Origin: an uncultured Chloroflexota bacterium
GTDB lineage: Bacteria > Chloroflexota > Dehalococcoidia > GIF9 > AB-539-J10
Length of the DNA: 64,000 nt
Assembly (NCBI GenBank): GCA_903884455.1
Contig: CAISEW010000019.1
Coordinates: forward strand, 31,752-95,751
Reading direction: 5' to 3'
The translations under genes were made by a program, and so were the position numbers. The notes below the pieces were generated by a model, which was given only the letters and a program-made list of their open reading frames with translations, was not told the origin of the DNA and did not search any database. Within the stretch, counting starts at the first letter, position 1. Each line of letters starts with the position of its first letter. Positions 43,419 through 51,832 of this stretch are shown here, piece after piece.

Positions 43419-45380
43419 TTATAAAGCCAGCCCGGCCCGGTATCCCTCATCGACAGCTTCCAGTATTCTCCGCGGCTTGGCAGAATTGCCTATACAGTAT
43501 ATTTCAGGGACTTTACCTTCCAGGACTTTGTATAGGCGATCATTCGCCGTGTAGCCGACGGCTATAATGACTGTGTCGGCTGGAATGGTTTCCTTCTTAC
43601 CATCAGCAGTATTTATTAGAACACTGCCTTCCCTTATCTCTTCACAGGTCGCGCTGGCCAGCAGGGTCACCTTTTTGCTCCTCAGCCCATCCATGAGCCG
43701 GCGTCTTGTCATGAAAAACATGTCACTAGCCATCCGGCTCAATACCTCTATGATGGTCACCTTTTTCCCCTGTCCCGCCAGATAGTGCCCCGTCTCACAG
43801 CCAACCATCCCCCCACCGATGATGACCACATTCTGTCCAGCCTTGACTTTGCCCGAGAGCACATCCTGAGCAGTAATCACATTTGGTTTATCAATGCCAG
43901 GTGTGTCAGGCATGGCTGGAGTGCCTCCTGTGGCTATTACAATGGCATCTGGATTCCCTTTAGTAATGATTTCAGCGGTGGCATCTGTATTAAGCTTAAC
44001 TTCCACTTCAGCTTTCTTAACCTGATTGACCAGATAATTTTTCCAGGGGAAGATATCGCCCTTAAATGGAGGTAGAGCGGCTATATTCAGTTGCCCACCC
44101 AGCTTCGCATCTTTTTCAAACAGGGTAACTTTGTGACCTCTCTGCGCTGCCACAATGGCAGCCTGCATGCCCGCCGGACCACCACCAACTACAACCACTT
44201 TCTTGGCTTTTTTCCCGGGCTTAATCTGGTATGCCCTCTCTCTGCCCAACGCGGGGTTGACGACGCAGGTTACACCCTCGCCGCGTTCATCAAAGGCCAG
44301 GCGTTCAATGCATTCCATACAGCCTATGCATGGGATAACTTCATCAAGCCTTCCTTCAGCCACCTTATTGGGCAAGTCCGGGTCGACCATAAGACGCCGG
44401 CCTATAGCTATAAGGTCAGCTTTGCCTTCCTCGAGAATCTTCTCGCCAAGCTCAAGGTCCAACCTGCCCACTGCAATTACCGGCACCTTAGTTAGCTTCT
44501 TGACCTCTTCAGCCAGAGGTACCAGAAAGCCCAGAGTATCTGGAATTGGAGCGGTGGTTATATAAGATCCAGCGCCATAAGCCGATACGTGAAGCGCTTG
44601 AGCACCCGCCTCCACCACCAGCGGTACCATCTGTTTGGTCTCCTCAATGGTAATCCCATTCTCCACTCCCCACTCCTGGGCATTGAACCTGACCCAAACA
44701 GGAAAATCTGGGCCTACTTCCCTTTTAATAGCCTGAAGTATCTCTACCAAAAATCTTGCCTTATTCTTAACCGAGCCACCATATTTATCTTTGCGCTGGT
44801 TGGTAGCTGAGGAGAGAAAGGCGGCAACAATGTACTGGTGAGCACCGTGAACCTCTACCCCATCAAAGCCAGCTTCCCTGGCACGTCTGGCAGCCGAAGC
44901 AAACCACCCTACCCTTTCCGTAATTTCCTCCACAGTTAGTTCATGAGGAGGCCCTCCCAGGATACCCATAACTCTAGTGGGCACTATCACCGGGGACGGA
45001 CTCACCTGCACTACTTTTCCATCCCAGTTCTCCAGGGTGGCATGCATTATCTGGATAGCTATCTTGGCATTGTATTTATGAGCGGCATCCGTCAATTTTC
45101 GCCATCCGGGAATAAACTTATCGTCTCCGAGAGATGCCTGATGAGACGGAGATGCCTGGGGAGACGTGGTGCATTGCAGGCTGGGAGCGCTTCCTTCAAC
45201 AATAATCAATCCTACCCCACCTCTAGCCCTTGCCTCATAGTAATCGAGCATTCTCTGACTAACAGCGCCGCCTGCTTCGGCATAGTTAGTTCCCATCGGT
45301 GGCATGACTATGCGATTCTTCAGTTGCATCTGGCCTATGTTCGTTGGCTCAAAAACTTTCTTGAATCGAGTTGCAATCAT
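43419..45380 (-). CDS. Old-yellow-enzyme family NADH:flavin oxidoreductase fused to an FAD/NAD(P) domain (2,4-dienoyl-CoA reductase-like)
   Basis: 653 aa. N-terminal OYE TIM-barrel (LKNRIVMPPMGTNY, GFDGVEVHGAHQY). Cys cluster CIGCMECI. Two Rossmann motifs (VVGGGPAGMQAA, IIGGGMVGCE). Confidence 0.8.
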   Translation of the reverse strand: MIATRFKKVFEPTNIGQMQLKNRIVMPPMGTNYAEAGGAVSQRMLDYYEARARGGVGLIIVEGSAPSLQCTTSPQASPSHQASLGDDKFIPGWRKLTDAAHKYNAKIAIQIMHATLENWDGKVVQVSPSPVIVPTRVMGILGGPPHELTVEEITERVGWFASAARRAREAGFDGVEVHGAHQYIVAAFLSSATNQRKDKYGGSVKNKARFLVEILQAIKREVGPDFPVWVRFNAQEWGVENGITIEETKQMVPLVVEAGAQALHVSAYGAGSYITTAPIPDTLGFLVPLAEEVKKLTKVPVIAVGRLDLELGEKILEEGKADLIAIGRRLMVDPDLPNKVAEGRLDEVIPCIGCMECIERLAFDERGEGVTCVVNPALGRERAYQIKPGKKAKKVVVVGGGPAGMQAAIVAAQRGHKVTLFEKDAKLGGQLNIAALPPFKGDIFPWKNYLVNQVKKAEVEVKLNTDATAEIITKGNPDAIVIATGGTPAMPDTPGIDKPNVITAQDVLSGKVKAGQNVVIIGGGMVGCETGHYLAGQGKKVTIIEVLSRMASDMFFMTRRRLMDGLRSKKVTLLASATCEEIREGSVLINTADGKKETIPADTVIIAVGYTANDRLYKVLEGKVPEIYCIGNSAKPRRILEAVDEGYRAGLAL

Positions 45381-45738
45381 CGCTGGCTCCTTCCTTTATT
45401 TAAACCGTATTCTATTTTTTCCCCAAGTTTACCACAAAACCAGAATCCACCATCCATACCTTTGGTCTCAATCTGATTTTGTACAATATTACCACACCAG
45501 CTTCAAAGCCCACGCGGGGAATTCTAGTTTGGTCTCCTCGCTAGCACTAATGGTAACCATGCGAACAATACAACAGCGAGCACAAACCTACCACTTCACC
45601 TGCATTGGCAAAAGGATATCAGTATACTATGAGTGACAGAACATGAGCCCCAGCCCTCATACTAGCCGGCATCACAAACCTGATGAGCCAAAAACACTTC
45701 AGATTGTTTTTAGAAAAGAACTATCTTTTTCTGTAATT

Positions 45739-47673
45739 TTACCGAGCATTTGTACGTTTCCGCCCCTTGCTTCCTTGAGCCTTCTTCGTTCTCAAGAAGT
45801 AGAAAAGCACCAATCCAACCACTACGACCGCCGCTATAATCCCACCAATTAGCAGCCAGTTAATTGGTGGTGGCGGAATCTTCTCAAAATTAGCCATTAT
45901 GGAATAGCAGCCCTCCATGGTAATGTTGGTTGAGGCAGCGTTGGCATCGGCAATGGTGCCCACCTCACCAGTCCAGTTGACAAACCGGTAGCCCTCCTCG
46001 GGCTCGGCAACCAGACTAACCACCATCTTGGGCTCATAGGTAAAAGTCCCCTCGCCAGGGTCAGTTACGGAACCTCCGGTGGTGCTGGAGATGGTCAGGA
46101 CACATTGCGACGGTGGCACTGCAAGCACCAGATTCCATTTGGCAAGCTCGATCTCAAGGCCTGCGGCAACCACTGTGCGGTCATCCTTAACCCCTACCGT
46201 GTGAAGGCTGCCTGCGGCGACCTGTTTGACGTCCCTCCAGTCACCAACATCACACTGCTTAAACTTGTTGTCCCCCACAGCGACCACGGTGCCATCGTCC
46301 TTAACACCCACCGTGTATCCCCAGCCTGCAGCGACCTGTTTGATGTCCCTCCAGCCGCCTACATTGCACTGCCCAAACTCGTTGTCTCCCACGGCAACTA
46401 CAGTGCCATCATTCTTAACACCCACCGTGTGAAAGTAGCCTGCGGCGACCTGGATGATGTCCCTCCAGCCGCTTACATTGCACTGCCCAAAGTAGTTGTA
46501 TCCCACAGCGACCACGGTGCCATCCGCCTTAACACCCACCGTGTGAGAGCTGCCTGCGGCGACCTGTTTGATGTCCGTCCAGTCACCTACATCACACTGC
46601 CCGTCGTAGTTTCCTCCCACGGCGACTACCGTGCCATCCACCTTAACCCCCACCGTGTGAAAGCCACCTGCGGCGACCTGTTTGATGTCCGCCCAGCTAC
46701 CCACATCGCACTGCCCGTCGTAGTTTCCTCCCACAGCGACTACCGTGCCATTTGCCTTAACACCCACCGTGTGAGAGTCGCCTGCAGCGACCTGGATGAT
46801 ATCCGTCCAGCCGCCCACATTGCACTGCCCAGAGAAATCTTCTCCCACGACGACCACGGTGCCATCAGCTTTAAGCCCTACCGTATGAGAGTAGCCTGCA
46901 GTGACCTGGACGATGCCTGTCCAGCCATCAACATTACACTGCCCAAACTCGTTGTCTCCCACGGCAACCACTGTGCCATCATTCTTAACACCCACCGTGT
47001 GAGAGCTGCCTGCGGCGACCTGTTTGATGTCCATCCAGCCACTTACATTGCACTGCCCGGATAAATACTCTCCCACAGCGACCACGGTACCATCCACTTT
47101 AACCCCTACCGTGTGAAGGCTGCCTGCAGCGACCTGTTTGATGTCAGTCCAGTAAACTGCATAGCACTGCCCAAATTCGTTGCCTCCCACGGCAACTACA
47201 GTGCCATTCGCCTTAACCCCCACCGTGTGAGAGCTGCCTGCGGCGACCTGGACGATATCCGTCCAGTCACCCACATTACACTGCCCGTAGGAGTTTCCTC
47301 CCACAGCGACTACCGTGCCATTTGCCTTAACACCCACCGTGTGAGAGTCGCCTGCAGCGACCTGGATGATATCCGTCCAGCCGCCTACATTGCACCGCCC
47401 CTCTTCCTTGTTCCCCACAACAACAACGGTGCCGTCGGTCTTAAGCCCCACCGTGTACCCCCGGCCCGCGGCGACCATGGGCTTTACCTGCTCTTGAGGT
47501 GCACTCAATACCATTGGCGAAGCAGCGCTGGGGCTATCTACTGCCGAATGAATTGAAGGATCATCTGGCAAATGCACGGTCACAGAAGCTTCCGCTGCCG
47601 ACGCAGGAAGAATCAAGCTAAAGACCAGAAAGACAGAGAGTAGAGCCAATAAGAGCATCTTCTTGTTTTTCAT
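45739..47673 (-). CDS. Surface-anchored protein with 12 RCC1-like repeats, a Listeria-Bacteroides-type repeat domain and a C-terminal TM anchor
   Basis: Signal peptide. 12 units of 38 aa (QVAAGxxHTVGVKxDGTVVAVGxNxxGQCNVxxWxDI). C-terminal GGSVTDPGEGTFTYEP...GYRFVNWTGE. Hydrophobic LLIGGIIAAVVVVGLVLFYF followed by a basic tail. Confidence 0.8.
   Translation of the reverse strand: MKNKKMLLLALLSVFLVFSLILPASAAEASVTVHLPDDPSIHSAVDSPSAASPMVLSAPQEQVKPMVAAGRGYTVGLKTDGTVVVVGNKEEGRCNVGGWTDIIQVAAGDSHTVGVKANGTVVAVGGNSYGQCNVGDWTDIVQVAAGSSHTVGVKANGTVVAVGGNEFGQCYAVYWTDIKQVAAGSLHTVGVKVDGTVVAVGEYLSGQCNVSGWMDIKQVAAGSSHTVGVKNDGTVVAVGDNEFGQCNVDGWTGIVQVTAGYSHTVGLKADGTVVVVGEDFSGQCNVGGWTDIIQVAAGDSHTVGVKANGTVVAVGGNYDGQCDVGSWADIKQVAAGGFHTVGVKVDGTVVAVGGNYDGQCDVGDWTDIKQVAAGSSHTVGVKADGTVVAVGYNYFGQCNVSGWRDIIQVAAGYFHTVGVKNDGTVVAVGDNEFGQCNVGGWRDIKQVAAGWGYTVGVKDDGTVVAVGDNKFKQCDVGDWRDVKQVAAGSLHTVGVKDDRTVVAAGLEIELAKWNLVLAVPPSQCVLTISSTTGGSVTDPGEGTFTYEPKMVVSLVAEPEEGYRFVNWTGEVGTIADANAASTNITMEGCYSIMANFEKIPPPPINWLLIGGIIAAVVVVGLVLFYFLRTKKAQGSKGRKRTNAR
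46150..47480 (-). repeat. In-frame 114-nt tandem coding repeats (12 units) of the RCC1-like protein
   Basis: 114-nt periodicity throughout. 46722-46830 and 47292-47400 (offset 570 = 5 x 114) share a 94-nt identical run and differ at 2 positions over ~105 nt. Confidence 0.85.
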
Positions 47674-47716
47674 TGCTACCTCCTATTATCCATCAAGGTT
47701 GTATAATAATCCCCCT

Positions 47717-47792
47717 GCCATTCTGAGGTCGCCTAGGGCGACTGAAGAGTCCAGAGACCCTTTCCCCTCGCTTCACCCAGGGTTGGGGTGAC
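47717..47792. repeat. GTCATT-family repeat units in the 5' leader region of the RCC1-like gene
   Basis: gccattctgaggtcgcctagggcgactgaagagtcc (plus strand, with internal palindrome gtcgcc-tag-ggcgac). Also an inverted unit, gtcaccccaaccctgggtgaagcgagg (minus strand). Confidence 0.55.
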
Positions 47793-47860
47793 AATTAAAC
47801 GGCCTCCATAGTTTAGTTTTTCCACAAAACCTCTAGATTATAGTACTATTATAGTATTAT

Positions 47861-47965
47861 ATCACTCCCTCCGCACTGTTAAGGATCCCCTCAAGATTTT
47901 TCCCGATTCCGTCACAATTTCATCCGCATTGGTAAAAAGCCATTAAATCAAGTGGTAAGGGTGAG
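47861..47965 (-). promoter_or_regulatory. Conserved upstream element, copy B (5' of the RCC1-like gene) with candidate promoter
   Basis: Minus strand: ccactt...ctttttaccaat...gaaaaatcttga...TTAACAGTGCGGAGGGAGTGA-TATAAT, followed by two more actataat repeats. Confidence 0.35.
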
Positions 47966-48011
47966 CAACAGCCCTCAAACCAACCGGTAGCAAAAAACAG
48001 CATTGAACGCT

Positions 48012-48049
48012 GTCATTGCGAGGCTGACGAAGTCAACCGAAGCAATCTC
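48012..48049 (+). repeat. GTCATT dispersed repeat (GC subtype)
   Basis: gtcattgcgaggctgacgaagtcaaccgaagcaatctc. Compare 55135-55170. Confidence 0.7.
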
Positions 48050-48122
48050 GCGGTGGGGCATGAGACTTTTGGAGCGTGAAGGAATCTCTGCCTTCACGAT
48101 TGAAATACCAAAGCATAAATAA

Positions 48123-48194
48123 CCTAAATCCGAAACATAACGTTTTGATATTTGGATTTGTTTAGAGTTTGGGAATTAGTATTTGGGATTTAGC
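48123..48194. repeat. AT-rich aaatcc/ggattt imperfect inverted repeat (long hairpin)
   Basis: cctaaatccgaaacataacg / cgttttgatatttggatttgtttag...tttgggatttagc. Same word content as the arms at 55008-55239. Confidence 0.55.
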
Positions 48195-48250
48195 CAATGA
48201 GATGCTCATTGTGGTGCTAAAGAAATTTTTGATAGCCAGAAATTCCTCAT

Positions 48251-48278
48251 TTGGGGCCCTCGGTACAAATGTTATAAT
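48251..48278 (+). promoter_or_regulatory. Candidate promoter giving a leaderless dnaE mRNA
   Basis: TTGGGG (48251-56), 16 nt, TATAAT (48273-78). The ATG at 48286 lies only 7 nt after the -10, and there is no Shine-Dalgarno sequence. Confidence 0.4.
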
Positions 48279-48285
48279 CTAGCTA

Positions 48286-51200
48286 ATGCCGCAAAAGTTT
48301 GCCCACCTTCACGTCCACACTGAATATAGCTTGCTCGATGGCATGTGCCGCATTCCTCAGCTTATTGCCCGGACCAAAGAGTTGGGCATGGACAGCCTTG
48401 CTATCACTGACCACGGCACCATGTATGGCGTCATCGATTTTTATGTGGCGGCTAAAGAAGCAGGTATAAAACCAATCATTGGCTGCGAAGTCTATGTCGC
48501 CGAGACCGATTGCCATAACCGAGAGCCAGCCCACAAAACCCACTATCATCTTACTTTACTGGTCAAGAATGAAAAGGGCTATCGCAATTTGCTCCAACTG
48601 GTTACTAAAAGTCACCTTGAGGGATTTTACTATAAGCCCAGAGTCGATAAAGAGCTTTTAAAGCTTCATCATGACGGCCTTATTGCCCTTTCCGGGTGTG
48701 CTCACGGGGAACTGGCTCGACTTATCCTCGAAGGACGAAACGACGAGCTTGCCAGGACAGCTTCGTGGTACAGGGAAGTCTTCGGCGATTACTATCTGGA
48801 GATTCAGAGGCATCCTATCCCTGAACTGGAGCAAATCAACCAGGAGCTTGTTTCGCTATCCATTAAACTCAAAATACCGCCGGTAGCCACCTTTGATGTG
48901 CATTACATTGATAAACATGACGCGCCGTCCCAGGAACTTCTTTTATGTATACAGACCAATACCTCTGTGTATAATGAAAAAAGGCTGAAGATGGCTGGCG
49001 ACTTCTTCTACCTGAAAAGCCCTGAAGAGGCGGGACAATTGTTTGCTGACTTACCTCAGGCTGTGGAGAATACTCAAGTTATTGCTGACATGTGTCAACT
49101 GGAGCTGGATTTTACCAAGCTACATCTGCCGCAGGTGGAATTGCCTCAGGGCAGGAAAGCCGACGATTTCCTGGCTGAGCTCTGCTGGCAGGGCCTGGGA
49201 AAACGTTACCCGGAGCCCGGCTCAGAGGTCAAGGAACGGCTTAGCTACGAGCTTGATGTCATCCAGAAGACAAAGTTTGCCCATTACTTCCTCGTTGTTT
49301 GGGATATAATCTCCTTTGCCAGAGAACGGGGCATCTATTTTGGTGTTCGGGGCAGTGCTGCTGCCAGCCTGGCTCTTTACTGTCTGGGCGTCACTGACGT
49401 CGACCCGCTGGCATATGAGCTTGTTTTCGAACGATTCCTTAATGTCGAGCGCCGCGAACTCCCGGATATTGACCTTGATTTTCAAGACGACCGCCGTGAT
49501 GAGGTCCTGGCCTACGTTAACCAGAAATATGGCTCCGACCACGTAGCTCAAATTATTACCTTTGGCACCATGGGAGCCAGAGCCGCGATAAGAGACACGG
49601 GGCGGGCTTTAGGCATGCCTTATGCTCAGGTCGACCGGGTAGCTCGACTCATTCCTCTGGAGCTGACCATAACTCTGGATAGAGCGCTGGAACAAAGCCG
49701 GGAGCTTTATGACATTTATCACCAGGATGCGGCAATACGTAACCTAATTGACTCGGCTAAGAAATTGGAGGGAATGGTCAGGCACTTCAGCACCCATGCC
49801 GCCGGCGTGGTTATAGCGCATGAGCCCTTAATCGAATATGTGCCACTACAACTGCTGGGTAAGGGTGAGCAGCGCACTGTTATGACTCAGTTCCACATGG
49901 GGAACATCGCCCGCCTGGGACTGTTAAAAATGGATTTCCTGGGACTATCTAATTTGACCATTTTGACTAAAGTTAAAGAAATTATTGCCCAAAATCGTGG
50001 AATCTCCCTGGATTTGCAGCATATTCCTCTCACCGATGCTAAGACTTTTGAGTTGCTGGCCTCAGGGGAAACCAAAGGCATCTTCCAACTGGAAAGCGCC
50101 GGGATGCGCCGCTATATCAAGGAACTCAAGCCCACTAACTTTAGCGATATCGCGGCTATGGTGGCGCTCTATCGCCCGGGCCCCATGGAACAAATTCCCA
50201 CCTTTATTAGAGCTAAACAGGGTATTGCCCCCATTCACTATCCCCATCCCATTCTGAAGGAGATTTTAAAAGAAACCTACGGAGTCATCGTTTATCAGGA
50301 GCAGGTAATATTTATCGCTCAAGCTCTCGCCGGCTATAGCCTGGGCCAGGCTGACATTCTTCGTAAAGCTATGGGTAAGAAGATACCTGCAGTGATGAAG
50401 AAGGAAGAGCGCAATTTCATTGCCGGAGCGAAGAAAAATAACATATCGCCGGAATTAGCCAAGGAGGTATTTTCTCTGATCGAGCCTTTCGCCGGCTATG
50501 CTTTCAACAAAGCCCACAGCGTTAGCTATGGCCTCATTGCTTACTGCACTGCCTATCTTAAGGCAAATTACCCCATTGAGTACATGGTTGCCTTGCTCGA
50601 CACTTATTCGGACAATATGGAGAAGGTCCATTCGGCGATTGCTGAATGCCGGAGGTTGGGCGTCAAAGTGCTCCCACCGGACATTAATAAGAGCCATGCT
50701 AGCTTCGCCATTGAGAAGGATGGTGAAAATAATCCCACCATCCGCTTTGGACTGGCTTCTATTAAAAATGTCGGCTTTGCCCCAATTGAGCATATCTTGT
50801 CTGGCCGGGGCACAGAGGGCGATTTTAAGTCCATAGAAGACTTCTGCTATCGAACCGACCTTCGTAACATCAATAAGAAAGTATTAGAAAGCTTGATTAA
50901 AGTCGGTGTCTTTGACTCCGTGGGCAGTCGTAAGACGCTGCTCGAGTCCCTGAATAAGATTATCTCTCTGTCTCAAACGAAACAAAGAGCCAAAGAATCG
51001 GGACAGGTTAGCATGTTTGATTTATGGGGTCAAAGCTCCCCCACCCCCCGTGTTGGCTACAAGCAAACAGAGGAAGAGGTACCCATTGAGCAAAAGCGCA
51101 TTTGGGAAAGAGAGCTGCTAGGGGTTTATTTCTCCCAACCCCTGGACTTCCTCGCCAGGGAACCATCTTCACCAGGCGTCATTTCCTGCGGCGAAATCAA

Positions 51201-51732
51201 TATGGACATGGTTGATGAAACGGTGACCGTTAGGGGGATGGTGGTCTCGGTGCGCCAGGCCCACACCAAAGATAATCGCCCCTTTGTTGTCGCTTCAATT
51301 GAAGACCTGGATGCCAGTATCGAGGTCATCGCCTGGCCCAGGCTCTACGAGAGCACCCAGGGGCTATGGCAGGAGGGCAACATTCTCAGCATCAAGGGTG
51401 TGGTGAAGGTCAGGGATGGGGAAGTGCAATTAAACTGCCAGGAGGCGATGCTCCTCCCTGTGAGGCAGGAAGTGCTAAAGGAACCCCCGCGTCGCCATGT
51501 CCTGATAGATGTCGACCAGTCGGGCGACGCCGACAAAGACGTCGAATGCCTCCATAAAATTGTGGATATCCTCAAGAGTTATCCCGGGCAGGATAGAGTT
51601 TCTCTGGCTGTTGTCAGCGATGGTGAAATAACTAACCTGGAGATGCCCAACATAACAGTAAATTACTGCCCCGAATTAGCTAGAGAATTGAGCGAGATAG
51701 TAGGCGAAAACAACTTCAGGCTTGAACTGTAG
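48286..51732 (+). CDS. dnaE: DNA polymerase III alpha subunit
   Basis: 1148 aa. PHP-domain N-terminus FAHLHVHTEYSLLDG, polymerase core (DIDLDF, FSTHAAGVVI) and a C-terminal OB-fold region. Confidence 0.95.
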   Translation: MPQKFAHLHVHTEYSLLDGMCRIPQLIARTKELGMDSLAITDHGTMYGVIDFYVAAKEAGIKPIIGCEVYVAETDCHNREPAHKTHYHLTLLVKNEKGYRNLLQLVTKSHLEGFYYKPRVDKELLKLHHDGLIALSGCAHGELARLILEGRNDELARTASWYREVFGDYYLEIQRHPIPELEQINQELVSLSIKLKIPPVATFDVHYIDKHDAPSQELLLCIQTNTSVYNEKRLKMAGDFFYLKSPEEAGQLFADLPQAVENTQVIADMCQLELDFTKLHLPQVELPQGRKADDFLAELCWQGLGKRYPEPGSEVKERLSYELDVIQKTKFAHYFLVVWDIISFARERGIYFGVRGSAAASLALYCLGVTDVDPLAYELVFERFLNVERRELPDIDLDFQDDRRDEVLAYVNQKYGSDHVAQIITFGTMGARAAIRDTGRALGMPYAQVDRVARLIPLELTITLDRALEQSRELYDIYHQDAAIRNLIDSAKKLEGMVRHFSTHAAGVVIAHEPLIEYVPLQLLGKGEQRTVMTQFHMGNIARLGLLKMDFLGLSNLTILTKVKEIIAQNRGISLDLQHIPLTDAKTFELLASGETKGIFQLESAGMRRYIKELKPTNFSDIAAMVALYRPGPMEQIPTFIRAKQGIAPIHYPHPILKEILKETYGVIVYQEQVIFIAQALAGYSLGQADILRKAMGKKIPAVMKKEERNFIAGAKKNNISPELAKEVFSLIEPFAGYAFNKAHSVSYGLIAYCTAYLKANYPIEYMVALLDTYSDNMEKVHSAIAECRRLGVKVLPPDINKSHASFAIEKDGENNPTIRFGLASIKNVGFAPIEHILSGRGTEGDFKSIEDFCYRTDLRNINKKVLESLIKVGVFDSVGSRKTLLESLNKIISLSQTKQRAKESGQVSMFDLWGQSSPTPRVGYKQTEEEVPIEQKRIWERELLGVYFSQPLDFLAREPSSPGVISCGEINMDMVDETVTVRGMVVSVRQAHTKDNRPFVVASIEDLDASIEVIAWPRLYESTQGLWQEGNILSIKGVVKVRDGEVQLNCQEAMLLPVRQEVLKEPPRRHVLIDVDQSGDADKDVECLHKIVDILKSYPGQDRVSLAVVSDGEITNLEMPNITVNYCPELARELSEIVGENNFRLEL

Positions 51733-51795
51733 GTCAAGCCTGGGCGACGAAGCAATCTAGAAAGGGAATCGCCCGGGCTGCGAGGTCGCTGGAAA

Positions 51796-51824
51796 TAGAC
51801 GCTGCCCTCATTTCTTGTTATATT
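51796..51824 (+). promoter_or_regulatory. Candidate promoter giving a leaderless or near-leaderless argJ mRNA
   Basis: TAGACG, 17 nt, TATATT (51819-24). ATG 51833 is 8 nt downstream, with no SD. Confidence 0.3.
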
Positions 51825-51832
51825 TGAATCTT

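Noticed and set aside
45381-45738. Possible third copy of the tttaccaat/ccactt upstream element (ccacttcacctgcattggcaaaagg)
   Set aside because: The block order and orientation differ from copies A and B, and the match is short. It is not distinguishable from chance.
46150-47480. Regular DNA repeats that could be mistaken for a CRISPR array or satellite
   Set aside because: The period is 114 nt with no repeat/spacer alternation. The repeats are in frame in one long ORF encoding a recognisable 38-aa protein repeat. No cas genes are present.
46105-47556. Long plus-strand ORFs (319 aa and 147 aa) antisense to the RCC1-like gene
   Set aside because: They lie entirely within the 114-nt coding repeats of the minus-strand gene. 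Their products are low-complexity and lack an RBS. The open frames are a by-product of the repeat composition.
51739-51777. Terminator for dnaE (cctgggcga...tcgcccggg hairpin)
   Set aside because: The hairpin has a 21-nt loop and no U-tract, and it is largely a partial GTCATT-family unit (ggcgacgaagcaatct). I noted it under the repeat family rather than calling it a terminator.
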